From contig NZ_CP047931.1 of NCBI RefSeq assembly GCF_014280175.1, positions 120,001 to 152,000 on the forward strand: DNA of 32,000 nt, in the 5' to 3' direction. The notes beneath the pieces were generated by a model, which saw only the letters and a program-made list of their open reading frames with translations, ran no database searches and was not told where the DNA came from. The translations under genes were made by a program, and so were the position numbers. Position 1 is the first letter of the stretch. The number at the start of each line of letters is the position of its first letter. The stretch comes from Synechococcus sp. A15-28. GTDB taxonomy: Bacteria; Cyanobacteriota; Cyanobacteriia; PCC-6307; Cyanobiaceae. Of this stretch, positions 12,646 through 22,177 are shown in pieces.

Positions 12646-13023
12646 GTGCAGCGAACCATCGGTACCGTCAGCCCATCGATTCGGCTGAATCACTTGAGCG
12701 GTTCCGGCACGGTGCTGGTGGAGCGATATCGCCTGGAGGAACGGCTGAGTGGACCCGATTCGCTGCGTGGTTCCCTCTGGCGTGCAGTGGATGTGATGGC
12801 GGGCGATCTGCTGGTGGCCATTCGCCAACTGGAGAGCTCGGAATCCCAGGAGCGATTGCAGGGGGTGTGGCCACAGATGCAGATGCTGTGGCATTACCAG
12901 TTGCCCCGCTGCGGCGAGCTGGTGGAACTGCACGGGGCGTTATGCCTTGTGCGTGATTGGCAGGACGGCATCGCTTATGACCGGCTGCTGCATCAAAGGC
13001 GGGCTCGCCGCTTCAGGTGCTGA
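12646..13023 (+). pseudogene. N-terminal fragment of a protein-kinase-like protein, apparently truncated next to island 1
   Basis: ORF VERYRLEERLSGPDSLRGSLWRAVDVMAGDLLVAIRQLE resembles the N-lobe of a Ser/Thr kinase; stops after only 125 aa, ~60 bp before the smpB fragment. Confidence 0.45.
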
Positions 13024-13082
13024 TCACCAACGAGGGGGTTTCGTCTGGTGTGTTCACCCTGTCCTGTCGGGCGGACCCGCTC

Positions 13083-13433
13083 GATCAGTAACGTTCAACC
13101 GCTGCTTTCACATCCTTTTTGGATTGCTTTTCCTTTTCGGCGGCGCGTTTGTCGTGCAACTTGCGATCTTTTCCCAGGCCGATGGTGAGCTTGATCTAGG
13201 AGCCTTTGAGGTGAATGTTGAGGGGGATCAGCGTCAGCCCTTTCTGATCCACCAAACCGCGCAGCTTCGATCTCACGGCGATGGGTCAGCAGTTTGTGGG
13301 TGCGCAAAGGGTCGTGGTTGAAGTAGCTGCCGGCGTGGGTGTGGGGTGAGATGTGCACGTTGTGCAACTGCAGATCAGGCAGAAGCCATCGCGAGGGTGG
13401 CTTTGCCGTTGCAGATCGACTTCACCAAGGTTT
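13083..13433 (-). pseudogene. smpB: Decayed duplicate of the 3' portion of smpB
   Basis: Closely matches 18410..~18765: shared GATCAGTAACGTTC...GCTGCTTTCACATC.TTTTTGGATTGCTTTTCCTTTTCGGCGGC...GGTCGTGGTTGAAGTAGCTGCCGGCGTGGGTGTGGGGTGAGATGTGCACGTTGTGCAACTG. A 2-nt deletion (GCAGCTTCGATCTC vs GCAGCTTGTCGATCTC) and other indels break the frame. Confidence 0.93.
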
Positions 13434-13526
13434 CCGACAACGAAGAAAATATTTGTTTCGATGATTGTATTTTTAACTAAGAGTTTTAAATGACATTCAC
13501 TGAAGGCTGGGCGTAAACTCAAATTA

Positions 13527-14639
13527 CTAGTTCAAGACGTTGTTCAGCAATTGTGTCCATTTTTTTTCGTTTGCTTTAGGAGAAAAGGGTAAGAGAATGT
13601 CTTCTCGTAAGCTTTTATATCTCAATGAGAGTTGATTATAATTTTCAATCGCACTATGAAGCATTGAGCTGAAATTCTCGCCTAACAATGATAACGAATT
13701 TAGTTCCTTATAACTTGGCAGCGGACTTGCTACACAGATACAACCTGCCCTGATTGAGTCAACTAATCTGTTGTGGCTAGCACCTTGCTTCTCTGGGTCA
13801 TTAGGATTGCTCGGTATTAGTGAGATGTGAGCCCTTGCCAATTCCTCATTGAATTGTTTTGGTTGCATGTAACCATTCCATTCTACAAATCTATAGTTCC
13901 ATTTTGGATATACATCTGGATTTTCCTTTAAAAAATTTCTAAAATAGTTTACAGCGTTTGTGGCTGTAAATACTGTAAACTCAATATCATAAGCATCAAA
14001 TTTACTTTGGGCAATATCTAAAAGTTTTTGATGTAAATAACAAAGATTCAACGCAGCACCAAACCATATAATTTTTATTGAAGAATTTTTATTGAGATTT
14101 TTGTAGTCTTCAAGGCTTTTGATTTGCCAGGGATCTTCAATTACATGAAAATGTAAGCCACTTCTCGAAGAACTTTGAGCAAGTTGCTTTAAAGACGACG
14201 TAGGACATACAACATGATCAGCTAAAAATAGTAAATCTCTGTAAAACTCACCTCTCTCATCTTTTCTGTTTAGGTGATGATTACTGTATAATACAATTAT
14301 GGGTATACCCATACGTTTCATTCTGGCAACTGCTGACAGGTTTGCAACATTGCACTTAATATCATCTCCGATCATTTTGCCTACCAAGCATATCCTTGGT
14401 AGGCCAAGACATTCGAGATATTCCGGAAACTCAGTGCTGAGACTTAGGCTTTTTGCTTGCATACCAATTGATTTAGCCGCATTAAGTGCAGGAATTAATT
14501 GAAGCCGTGCAGATGCGAGTTGAGAATAAGAATTTTCTTGTAAAATAGTTTCAGTTAAATCTCCATATCTGTCCCTATAGAAATTAAGAGCGAGAATTTC
14601 GTTTTGCATCTTATAGAAAAATTGGATTGCAAGTATCAA
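13527..14639 (-). CDS. Glycosyltransferase-like protein (paralog A)
   Basis: 370-aa ORF; VIEDPWQIKSLEDYKNL, IKIIWFGAALNLCYL, AHISLIPSNPNDPEKQGASHNRLVDSIRAGCICVASPLPSYKELNSLSLLG resembles a GT-B donor-binding C-terminal region. Confidence 0.65.
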   Translation of the reverse strand: MILAIQFFYKMQNEILALNFYRDRYGDLTETILQENSYSQLASARLQLIPALNAAKSIGMQAKSLSLSTEFPEYLECLGLPRICLVGKMIGDDIKCNVANLSAVARMKRMGIPIIVLYSNHHLNRKDERGEFYRDLLFLADHVVCPTSSLKQLAQSSSRSGLHFHVIEDPWQIKSLEDYKNLNKNSSIKIIWFGAALNLCYLHQKLLDIAQSKFDAYDIEFTVFTATNAVNYFRNFLKENPDVYPKWNYRFVEWNGYMQPKQFNEELARAHISLIPSNPNDPEKQGASHNRLVDSIRAGCICVASPLPSYKELNSLSLLGENFSSMLHSAIENYNQLSLRYKSLREDILLPFSPKANEKKWTQLLNNVLN

Positions 14640-15783
14640 TATTTTTACTCTTCACCATTGTATTCTTTTGAATGTCACGAAGTATTAGCTCCCAGTTCTT
14701 AATATTAGTCGCCGGGTCAAATGGTGAAACTAATTTTTCCCTGTAGATGGAATACTTATCACATAATCGATCATAATTTAGTATCGCAGCTTTTAAAAGT
14801 TGATTAAAATCTTTGCCGAGAAGGCATATTTTTGATAATTCTTTGTAGCTTGGCATTGGACTGGCAATCGGTATACATCCCGATCGTATTGAGTCAATAA
14901 GGCGATTGTGGCTTACCCCAATTTTTGCCGGATCCTCAGGATCGGATGGAATCACTGCAATATCTATTTTGCTTAAGAAGTTCTCAAGCTGCTGAGGCTG
15001 GCTATTATTATCCCATGTAATCATTTCAAATTTCCATTTGCTTTTTGCAAAAGCTTTGTCTTGAATTGTGACTTTGATTAGTTCATGACTTATGGGCCTA
15101 CCAAGAAATCGAAAGGTTAATTTCATCCTTAATAGAGCAGGGTCTTTGATTTGCTTTAATGCATTACATAAATATGCTGTGTTATTTGGAGCACCAAACC
15201 ATCCTATTGTGTAAGCTTTGTCCCCCATTTTTTTCCTGTAATCCTTTAGGTTTTTAATTTGCCACGGGTCACGAATCACGTATTGGCATAAATTTTTTCT
15301 TATATATGCACTCGCTAGTTTTTGCATCGCAACGCTAGGGAATATGATTGAATCAGCATAATAAATAAGATCTGAATAAAGTTCAGCAATATTATTTTGC
15401 TTGATAATTTGGTGGTCACAGTATAGGAGTGATATATGAGTTCCTTTTCTTTTCAATCTTGAAATTGCAGCCAAGTTTGCCATTGCCATGCTGTGGGATA
15501 GTAATTCGTCTGTTGTAGACATTTTTCCTACAAGGCAAATCGACGCATTCCCCAAATGTAAAAAGTCGTCTGGATGAGCACTGTGCATACTCCACAATGA
15601 TCTATCAAAATTTAGAGTTTTTGCGGCAATCAATGCGGGATACATCTGTAGCCTAAATGAGGCAAGGCTTGCATTGCTAGATTTTTTATTTATTAATTCA
15701 CTTAGTTTTTCCCCGGACTTATTTTCAATGAAACTCAAGCAGATTATTTTCTTGTCCATGTTACTTTTTGAATTAGGATTCAC
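14611..15783 (-). CDS. Glycosyltransferase-like protein (paralog B)
   Basis: 390-aa ORF; same architecture as A (VIRDPWQIKNLKDYRKK...YTIGWFGAPNNTAYL...VIPSDPEDPAKIGVSHNRLIDSIRSGCIPIASPMPSYKELSKICLLGKDF). Confidence 0.65.
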   Translation of the reverse strand: MNPNSKSNMDKKIICLSFIENKSGEKLSELINKKSSNASLASFRLQMYPALIAAKTLNFDRSLWSMHSAHPDDFLHLGNASICLVGKMSTTDELLSHSMAMANLAAISRLKRKGTHISLLYCDHQIIKQNNIAELYSDLIYYADSIIFPSVAMQKLASAYIRKNLCQYVIRDPWQIKNLKDYRKKMGDKAYTIGWFGAPNNTAYLCNALKQIKDPALLRMKLTFRFLGRPISHELIKVTIQDKAFAKSKWKFEMITWDNNSQPQQLENFLSKIDIAVIPSDPEDPAKIGVSHNRLIDSIRSGCIPIASPMPSYKELSKICLLGKDFNQLLKAAILNYDRLCDKYSIYREKLVSPFDPATNIKNWELILRDIQKNTMVKSKNIDTCNPIFL

Positions 15784-16876
15784 TATTTATGATGCTTTGT
15801 ACTATTGATTGCCAGTGAAGCTTGTTTGCTGTTGGACTAAACCTTTCAATTATATTACAGCGATTTGCATCATACTGCCTCCGCAATAAATATTGATTTT
15901 TGGCTACATAGCTCATCATGCTTGAGAAATTATTCCCTATAATGGCCAGACTTGAGAGCTCTTTGTAGCTCTGCATAGGGCTTGCTATGGGTATGCATCC
16001 AGCTCTTATAGAATCAACCAATCTATTATGACTTACCCCTAACTTTGCCGGGTCATTTGGGTCTGATGGAATCAGTACAATTTCTGCTCTATGCAGTTCT
16101 TCCTGAAGTTGATTAGGTTGGTTATTATTTTTCCACTTCAAATATGTAAATTTAATTTTTTTTGCTGAAAGATTAAGTGACTTTACTTTATTTTTTATAA
16201 ATTCAATCGCTTCAAGAGAGCTCAAGATAGTCAAGCGTAATTGCTTGTTTTGACTGTCTGAATGATATATTTGGGGTAGTATATTTATAAGGTATTGAGC
16301 GTTTAGTCCGGAACCAAACCATAGTAGATTTAAGCAATTTGAACTTGAGCTCTTGTGATAAGAATGCTCCTCTACTTGCCAAGGATCTTCTACTACATAT
16401 ATGTTCTTGCCCTGTCCAAGGGAGTGGTTTTTTAAAGATTCTTTTAGCGCCTGTGTGGGGCAAATAATTAAGTCTGAATAATAAATTAGATCCCGGTATA
16501 GCTCGCCAATCCTTGTTTTTTTTATTATGTGATTATCACTGTAGATTAGTGCTTGGACAGATTTACACCTTTTTTGTCTACATACCGCTGCCAAATTAGC
16601 CATTGCCATGCTGCTGATCAGGTGATTGCTATTTGCCGATAATTTCCCTACTATTGTCAAAAAAGATTTTTCTTTGAATATTTCGGTATTTAGGTGTTCA
16701 GAGTGTAGACTAAATCTCTTGCATTTTATATTCATTTTATTGAGAGCCTCATACAAGGGATAAAGTTGCAGCCTTGTTGAAGCTAAGCTTGAGTTTTTGT
16801 ATGATTGATCGAAGTTGAGCCTGCCCTTTTTATTAATCATAAACTCTAAAAATATTGCGCTTCTTGATATATTCAT
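15773..16876 (-). CDS. Glycosyltransferase-like protein (paralog C)
   Basis: 367-aa ORF; VVEDPWQVEEHSYHK...LNLLWFGSGLNAQYL...LIPSDPNDPAKLGVSHNRLVDSIRAGCIPIASPMQSYKELSSLAIIG; start may be an internal ATG. Confidence 0.65.
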   Translation of the reverse strand: MNISRSAIFLEFMINKKGRLNFDQSYKNSSLASTRLQLYPLYEALNKMNIKCKRFSLHSEHLNTEIFKEKSFLTIVGKLSANSNHLISSMAMANLAAVCRQKRCKSVQALIYSDNHIIKKTRIGELYRDLIYYSDLIICPTQALKESLKNHSLGQGKNIYVVEDPWQVEEHSYHKSSSSNCLNLLWFGSGLNAQYLINILPQIYHSDSQNKQLRLTILSSLEAIEFIKNKVKSLNLSAKKIKFTYLKWKNNNQPNQLQEELHRAEIVLIPSDPNDPAKLGVSHNRLVDSIRAGCIPIASPMQSYKELSSLAIIGNNFSSMMSYVAKNQYLLRRQYDANRCNIIERFSPTANKLHWQSIVQSIINSES

Positions 16877-16926
16877 AGAAATGAATGCTCATATTGATAT
16901 GCTAGCATCTAAAAAATTTTGTTCTT

Positions 16927-17910
16927 ATGCCGTCGATAGGTATTTATCATGGAGATGAAGACTGGGTATTAAAAGGTATCGGTCAAGACTTGGCGCGATC
17001 CTTCAAGGCTTTAAGCGTTCCTGGACTTGAGATTCAGACTACGGATCAAGTGTTTAATAAAATTCGTTTAAAAACGGATTTTCATCTGTTCGTACAGCAA
17101 GGCCAACTAAATGAAAATTGTTCGAACAATCCTGAAAAAGTGCCGGAAGGCTCAATATGTTTATTTACTCATTTAGATATTCGTAATTTTAAGCCAAGAA
17201 TTCTCCATAAGTGTAAATATGTAATATTTAATTCGTCCATTCAATTGTCACAAGCTATCGCCAATGGATATAACCCAGTAAATGCGGTGCTCAAGCCACA
17301 TGCTGTAGACCCAGATTTACATAGAATTATTAGTGAGGATGATCCAAAAATGCAATTTGTGCTTTCAGATTTGCATAAGAAAGGTTATCCACATTCGATG
17401 CATTCATCTGTTGGTTTTTGTGGCCGATATTGGGATAAAAGTACTTACACAAGACGAAAAAATTATGATCTAATTAAACTTGTTATTTGCGATCTTCTCG
17501 ATAAGCGTATTCCGGTCTTAGTTATGGGTCCAGGTTGGAAGGACTTTCTCGAATTGTCCTCTGAATATTTGGTAGTTGTAGAAACAAAATACAAAAACTA
17601 TCCATACTATTACAATCTAATGAGGGTTTTTTCGAGTTTATCAATACATGAGGGTGGGCCTTTGCCTTTGCTTGAGTCGATGTGTTGTGGCGTATACCCA
17701 GTTGTTACTAATACAGGTTTTGCGTCAGATATTATTTCTGATAAGCAACATGGAACTATTGTTTCACCTTTTGACAAACCAGCTCATCAAGCTGGATTAT
17801 TGTCAGACGTCTACTTTACCCATCGAATAGATGCAGAAGCTCTTAGAGGTCGAGCTTCTAAATTCAGTTTCTCTTCTTTGTCTAAAGTGATTTTGAGATT
17901 GGTTCTGTAG
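16927..17910 (+). CDS. Glycosyltransferase, GT4/group-1-like
   Basis: SVGFCGRYWDKSTY...PVLVMGPGWKDFLELS...YYNLMRVFSSLSIHEGGPLPLLESMCCGVYPVVTNTGFASDIISDKQHGTIV. Confidence 0.7.
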   Translation: MPSIGIYHGDEDWVLKGIGQDLARSFKALSVPGLEIQTTDQVFNKIRLKTDFHLFVQQGQLNENCSNNPEKVPEGSICLFTHLDIRNFKPRILHKCKYVIFNSSIQLSQAIANGYNPVNAVLKPHAVDPDLHRIISEDDPKMQFVLSDLHKKGYPHSMHSSVGFCGRYWDKSTYTRRKNYDLIKLVICDLLDKRIPVLVMGPGWKDFLELSSEYLVVVETKYKNYPYYYNLMRVFSSLSIHEGGPLPLLESMCCGVYPVVTNTGFASDIISDKQHGTIVSPFDKPAHQAGLLSDVYFTHRIDAEALRGRASKFSFSSLSKVILRLVL

Positions 17911-18411
17911 GCTCGGGGCATCGCCATTTATATTCAAGATTTATTGACTAATGCATGTGCAGTAAAAAATTCTGAGAAAAACTGCTAAGCATCAAGCAAT
18001 AAGCTTCAAGTAAATATCGTTTGTTTAATTCCTTAATTTTCTTTGTTTTTGCCTGTCGTCTCTGTCAGCATTCAATTGATTTGCGTGTATCTGCAGGCCG
18101 ATAAAATTTTTAATCTGGTTATTTCGCTCTGCAGGGATTAATCGTCTATGTCCGGATTTCTTTGTGCTTTTGATTAAGAAATAGATTGCGTTGTTTTTTG
18201 ACTGTACTCTATTTCCTTGCTTCGTTTGAATGAATTAGATTTTGCTATTTGCCTGGATAGTTCCCTTGTTCAGGTTCAAATTTTGCTTAGAGCCTTTCGC
18301 TAAGGCGCGTGTTGATAATCGCCTTAATTATTTTTCTCTTTGCTTGATTCTGTTCTTTGATGCGGATCGCTCTCGTTCACTTTTTCTTGATGTGGATGTG
18401 GGATTACCTGA

Positions 18412-18912
18412 TCAGTAACGTTCCATCGCTGCTTTCACATCTTTTTTGGATTGCTTTTCCTTTTCGGCGGCTCGTTTGTCGTGCAACTTTCGCCCTTTAC
18501 CCAGCCCGATGGTGAGCTTGATCCAGGATCCCTTGAGGTGAATGTTGAGTGGGATCAGCGTTAGGCCTTTCTGATCCACTAGGCCGCGCAGCTTGTCGAT
18601 CTCACGGCGATGGGCCAGCAATTTGCGGGTGCGCAGCGGGTCGTGGTTGAAGTAGCTGCCGGCGTGGGTGTGGGGTGAGATGTGCACGTTGTGCAACTGA
18701 AGCTCTCCATTACGGATCATGCAGAAGCCATCGCGCAGGTTGGCTTTGCCGTTCCGGATCGACTTCACCTCGGTCCCCACCAGCTCGATGCCGGTTTCCA
18801 GGGTTTCGAGGATCTCGTACTGATGTCGTGCCTGCCGGTTGTCCGCCAGCATCCGGTTGGCTGCGGCTCGCGCCGCGGCTGCGGCTGCTTTTTTCGCTCC
18901 TCCCTTGGCCAT
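18412..18912 (-). CDS. smpB: SsrA-binding protein SmpB
   Basis: [81 protein letters not shown]...[32 protein letters not shown]. Likely start MAKGGAKK at 18912. Confidence 0.95.
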   Translation of the reverse strand: MAKGGAKKAAAAAARAAANRMLADNRQARHQYEILETLETGIELVGTEVKSIRNGKANLRDGFCMIRNGELQLHNVHISPHTHAGSYFNHDPLRTRKLLAHRREIDKLRGLVDQKGLTLIPLNIHLKGSWIKLTIGLGKGRKLHDKRAAEKEKQSKKDVKAAMERY

Positions 18913-18962
18913 GGCTCCGGTTGCGTCTTCCGACCCTATCCAGGTCTGGGTACCCTGCCTGC

Positions 18963-20009
18963 ATGGCGATTGTCTCCTCCAGCTCCGGTCGCAAGCCACC
19001 ACGCCGCCCCGAAGCGCTGGTGGACCCCCAGCCGGCCCCTGAAGAGGTGGTGAGTCGGCCGGAAGACAAGCTTCGGCCCCAGCGCCTGGACGACTACATC
19101 GGTCAGAAGGAGCTCAAGCAGGTGCTAGGCATTGCGGTGGAAGCGGCGCTTGGCCGTGGCGATGCCCTCGACCATGTGCTGCTCTATGGCCCGCCGGGCC
19201 TGGGCAAAACGACCATGGCCATGGTGCTGGCCGCAGAAATGGGAGTGCAGTGCAAGGTCACCAGCGCACCAGCTCTGGAACGCCCGCGCGACATCGTCGG
19301 TCTGTTGGTCAACCTGCAGCCCCGCGACTTGTTGTTCATCGACGAGATTCATCGCCTGAGTCGGGTGGCGGAGGAGTTGCTCTATCCCGCGATGGAAGAC
19401 CGTCGCCTCGATCTCACCGTGGGCAAGGGCAGCACGGCGCGGGCCCGGTCTCTCGACTTGCCGCCCTTCACCCTGGTGGGGGCCACCACCCGCGCCGGAT
19501 CGCTGAGCTCCCCGCTGCGGGATCGCTTCGGCTTGATCCAGCGGTTGGAGTTTTACGGCCAGGATGATTTGGAAGCGATCGTGGAGCGCACTGCAGGGCT
19601 GATCGGGGTCGCTCTCACATCGCAGGCCCGCAGCAGCATTGCCGCCTCGTGTCGCGGTACACCCCGGATTGCCAACCGCCTGCTTCGCCGGGTGCGTGAT
19701 GTGGCCTGTGTGCGAGGCGCCGGCACTGGTGCCATTGATCAAGCTCTGGTGGGGGAGGCACTGAGCCTGCACCGCGTTGATCATCGCGGCCTTGATGCCA
19801 GCGATCGGCGCTTGCTGCAGCTGCTGATCGACCACCACGGTGGCGGCCCGGTGGGCCTCGAGACCCTGGCAGCGGCCCTTGGCGATGACCCCGCCACCCT
19901 TGAGACTGTGGTGGAACCCTTTTTGCTGCAGCAGGGGTTGCTGATGCGCACCCCCCGCGGCCGGATGGTCACCGATGCAGCCCGCAGTCATATCGGCGAG
20001 GCGGCATGA
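18963..20009 (+). CDS. ruvB: Holliday junction branch migration helicase RuvB
   Basis: [92 protein letters not shown]. In-frame ATG at 18963. Confidence 0.96.
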   Translation: MAIVSSSSGRKPPRRPEALVDPQPAPEEVVSRPEDKLRPQRLDDYIGQKELKQVLGIAVEAALGRGDALDHVLLYGPPGLGKTTMAMVLAAEMGVQCKVTSAPALERPRDIVGLLVNLQPRDLLFIDEIHRLSRVAEELLYPAMEDRRLDLTVGKGSTARARSLDLPPFTLVGATTRAGSLSSPLRDRFGLIQRLEFYGQDDLEAIVERTAGLIGVALTSQARSSIAASCRGTPRIANRLLRRVRDVACVRGAGTGAIDQALVGEALSLHRVDHRGLDASDRRLLQLLIDHHGGGPVGLETLAAALGDDPATLETVVEPFLLQQGLLMRTPRGRMVTDAARSHIGEAA

Positions 20010-20770
20010 ATCGGATTTTGGTGCTGCTTCTGAGCCTGGTGCTGACGCTGCCGGTGCATGCCCTGGATCTGCAGGGGCTCTACGAGCAGGCGCTGACGGC
20101 AAGCCGTCAGGGGGATTTTGTGGAGGCATTGCCCTTGTGGGACCGCTTCCTGGAGCAGGCCCCTGAGGATGCAGCAGCGCTAAGCAACCGCGGCAATGTG
20201 AGGCTTGCCCTTGGGGATGCGTCTGGGGCGATCGACGACCAGAGCGCCTCGATGGCTCTGGCGCCGGAGGAAAACGATCCGCATCTGAACCGGGGTACGG
20301 CAGAGGAGGCCCTTCAGGACTGGTCCGCGGCAGCCGACGACTATCTCTGGATTCTGGAGCGAGATCCGCAGGATGCCTCGGCCCTTTACAACTTGGCCAA
20401 TGTGCGCGGCTCGCAAGGGGACTGGCCTGAGGCGCGAGAGCTTTATAGCCAGGCTGCCCTCGCCCGCCCCGGCTTCGCCATGGCCCGATCTAGCGAGGCG
20501 CTGGCGGCCTGGCAGGTGGGCGATCTCGATTGGGCGGAGGCGGAATTGCGCAAACTGATCCGCCGATATCCCTTGTTCGCCGACGCTCGGGCGGCCCTCA
20601 GCGGCTTGCTTTGGCGCTCAGGATCCAGTGGTGAAGCCGAAAGCCACTGGGCCGCGGCGGCCGGGCTGGATCAGCGTTACCGCAAGGCTGACTGGCTCCA
20701 GCAGGTGCGCCGCTGGCCACCGCAACCTACGGCGGATCTGATGGCGTTCCTGGCCTTGGAGGCGTCCTGA
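20006..20770 (+). CDS. TPR-repeat protein with signal peptide
   Basis: [19 protein letters not shown] signal; [47 protein letters not shown] and repeated TPR-like units. Confidence 0.85.
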   Translation: MNRILVLLLSLVLTLPVHALDLQGLYEQALTASRQGDFVEALPLWDRFLEQAPEDAAALSNRGNVRLALGDASGAIDDQSASMALAPEENDPHLNRGTAEEALQDWSAAADDYLWILERDPQDASALYNLANVRGSQGDWPEARELYSQAALARPGFAMARSSEALAAWQVGDLDWAEAELRKLIRRYPLFADARAALSGLLWRSGSSGEAESHWAAAAGLDQRYRKADWLQQVRRWPPQPTADLMAFLALEAS

Positions 20771-20771
20771 G

Positions 20772-21953
20772 ATGACCCAAGCAGCCTCCCTCTCCGATCG
20801 ACTCAGCCGAGAGCTGCCTGAGCTGCTGCAGCTGCGCCGGCATCTGCATGCCCACCCCGAACTCAGCGGCGAGGAACATCAGACGGCTGCCCTGGTGGCG
20901 GGCGAATTACGTCAGCTGGGTTGGCGCGTACGCGAGGGAGTTGGCCGCACCGGGGTGCTTGCCGAATTGGGTCCTGACCACGGCCCCACGGTGGGCTTAC
21001 GGGTGGACATGGACGCCCTGCCTGTGGAGGAGCGCACCGGTCTGCCCTATGCCTCCACCCGCCAGGGCTTGATGCATGCCTGCGGCCATGATTTGCACAC
21101 TTGCACGGGCCTTGGTGTCGCACGCTTGCTGGCTCAGGAGCCCCGTTTAGGGGCTCAAGTGCGGCTGCTGTTTCAACCCGCCGAAGAGTTGGCCCAGGGG
21201 GCGGTGTGGATGCGAGAAGCGGGGGCGGTGGAGGGACTCGATGCGTTGTATGGCGTGCATGTGGTGCCGAATCTGCCGGTGGGCACGGTGGGAATCCGGC
21301 GGGGCTGTCTCACGGCGGCGGCCGGTGAGCTGGAGATCCTGGTGCAGGGGGAGGGCGGCCATGGCGCCCGTCCCCATCAGTCGGTGGATGCTGTTTGGCT
21401 TGCGGCTCGGGTGATCACGGAGCTGCAGCAGACCATCGCCCGCCGCTTGGACGCCTTGCAGCCGGTGGTGGTCAGTTTCGGCAAGGTGGAAGGGGGTCGT
21501 GCCTTCAACGTGATTGCCGATCAAGTGCGCTTGCTGGGCACGGTTCGCTGTCTGGATTTGCAGCAGCACGCCCAGCTGTCGACTTGGATTGACGACACGG
21601 TGCAGCGGATCTGTGCCAGCGGCGGCGGCACTGCTGTGGTGAACTACCGCTGCATTGCCCCACCGGTGCACAACGATCCGCAGCTCACAGACCTGCTGGA
21701 GCGCTCCGCGGTGGAGTGCCTGGGCCGAGCCAAGGTGCTGCCAGTGGAGCAACCCTCCCTGGGGGCCGAAGACTTTGCTGAGTTACTTCGGGATGTGCCG
21801 GGAATGATGGTGCGGTTGGGGGTGGCTGGGCCGGAGGGGTGTGCGCCGCTGCATAACGGAGCTTTTGCCCTGGAGGAAGGCGCTCTCGGTGTGGGCATTG
21901 CTGTTCTCACGGCCACCGTGCTGGCGTGGATCACGGAGAACACGTCGGCATGA
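20772..21953 (+). CDS. M20-family amidohydrolase (N-acyl-amino-acid/IAA-amino acid hydrolase-like)
   Basis: LRRHLHAHPELSGEEHQTAALVAGEL, GLRVDMDALPVEERTGLPYAS, GLMHACGHDLHTCTGLG, LLFQPAEE, GGHGARPHQSVDAV. Confidence 0.92.
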   Translation: MTQAASLSDRLSRELPELLQLRRHLHAHPELSGEEHQTAALVAGELRQLGWRVREGVGRTGVLAELGPDHGPTVGLRVDMDALPVEERTGLPYASTRQGLMHACGHDLHTCTGLGVARLLAQEPRLGAQVRLLFQPAEELAQGAVWMREAGAVEGLDALYGVHVVPNLPVGTVGIRRGCLTAAAGELEILVQGEGGHGARPHQSVDAVWLAARVITELQQTIARRLDALQPVVVSFGKVEGGRAFNVIADQVRLLGTVRCLDLQQHAQLSTWIDDTVQRICASGGGTAVVNYRCIAPPVHNDPQLTDLLERSAVECLGRAKVLPVEQPSLGAEDFAELLRDVPGMMVRLGVAGPEGCAPLHNGAFALEEGALGVGIAVLTATVLAWITENTSA

Positions 21954-22177
21954 ACCAACGTCGTGCGGTGATTTGGGTTTCCCTCGGGGCCCCGTTGCTG
22001 ATCCTGCTCGCGTTGCTGGCCACCAACCAGCGTCAGGGCAAGGACCGGGTGCAGGTGCTTCCAGCAGTGCTGGTGGGTTCGGGTCTCGTCATCAGCAGAG
22101 TTCTCGGTCGGCAGCGCCGCCGCGCCAGGCTGTTGGCCGATCTTCAGCGGGCGCGCACCCCCGGCAGAAACCCATGA
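21950..22177 (+). CDS. Small membrane-associated hypothetical protein
   Basis: MNQRRAVIWVSLGAPLLILLALLATNQRQGKDRVQVLPAVLVGSGLVISRVLG; 4-bp overlaps with both neighbours. Confidence 0.65.
   Translation: MNQRRAVIWVSLGAPLLILLALLATNQRQGKDRVQVLPAVLVGSGLVISRVLGRQRRRARLLADLQRARTPGRNP

Larger units (their letters stand above)
13436..18409. other. Genomic island 1: AT-rich glycosyltransferase cassette flanked by smpB-derived direct repeats
   Basis: Abrupt AT-rich composition compared with both flanks; contains only GT-like genes; bounded by the smpB' fragment (left) and the 3' end of intact smpB (right). Confidence 0.8.

Noticed and set aside
13286-13522. 78-aa minus-strand ORF beginning in AT-rich DNA and running into the smpB fragment
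   Set aside because: It is a chance fusion of island sequence to a frame of decayed smpB ([19 protein letters not shown]), not a real gene.
16212-16463. 83-aa minus-strand ORF inside GT paralog C
   Set aside because: Alternate frame of a better-supported 367-aa coding sequence; no motif.
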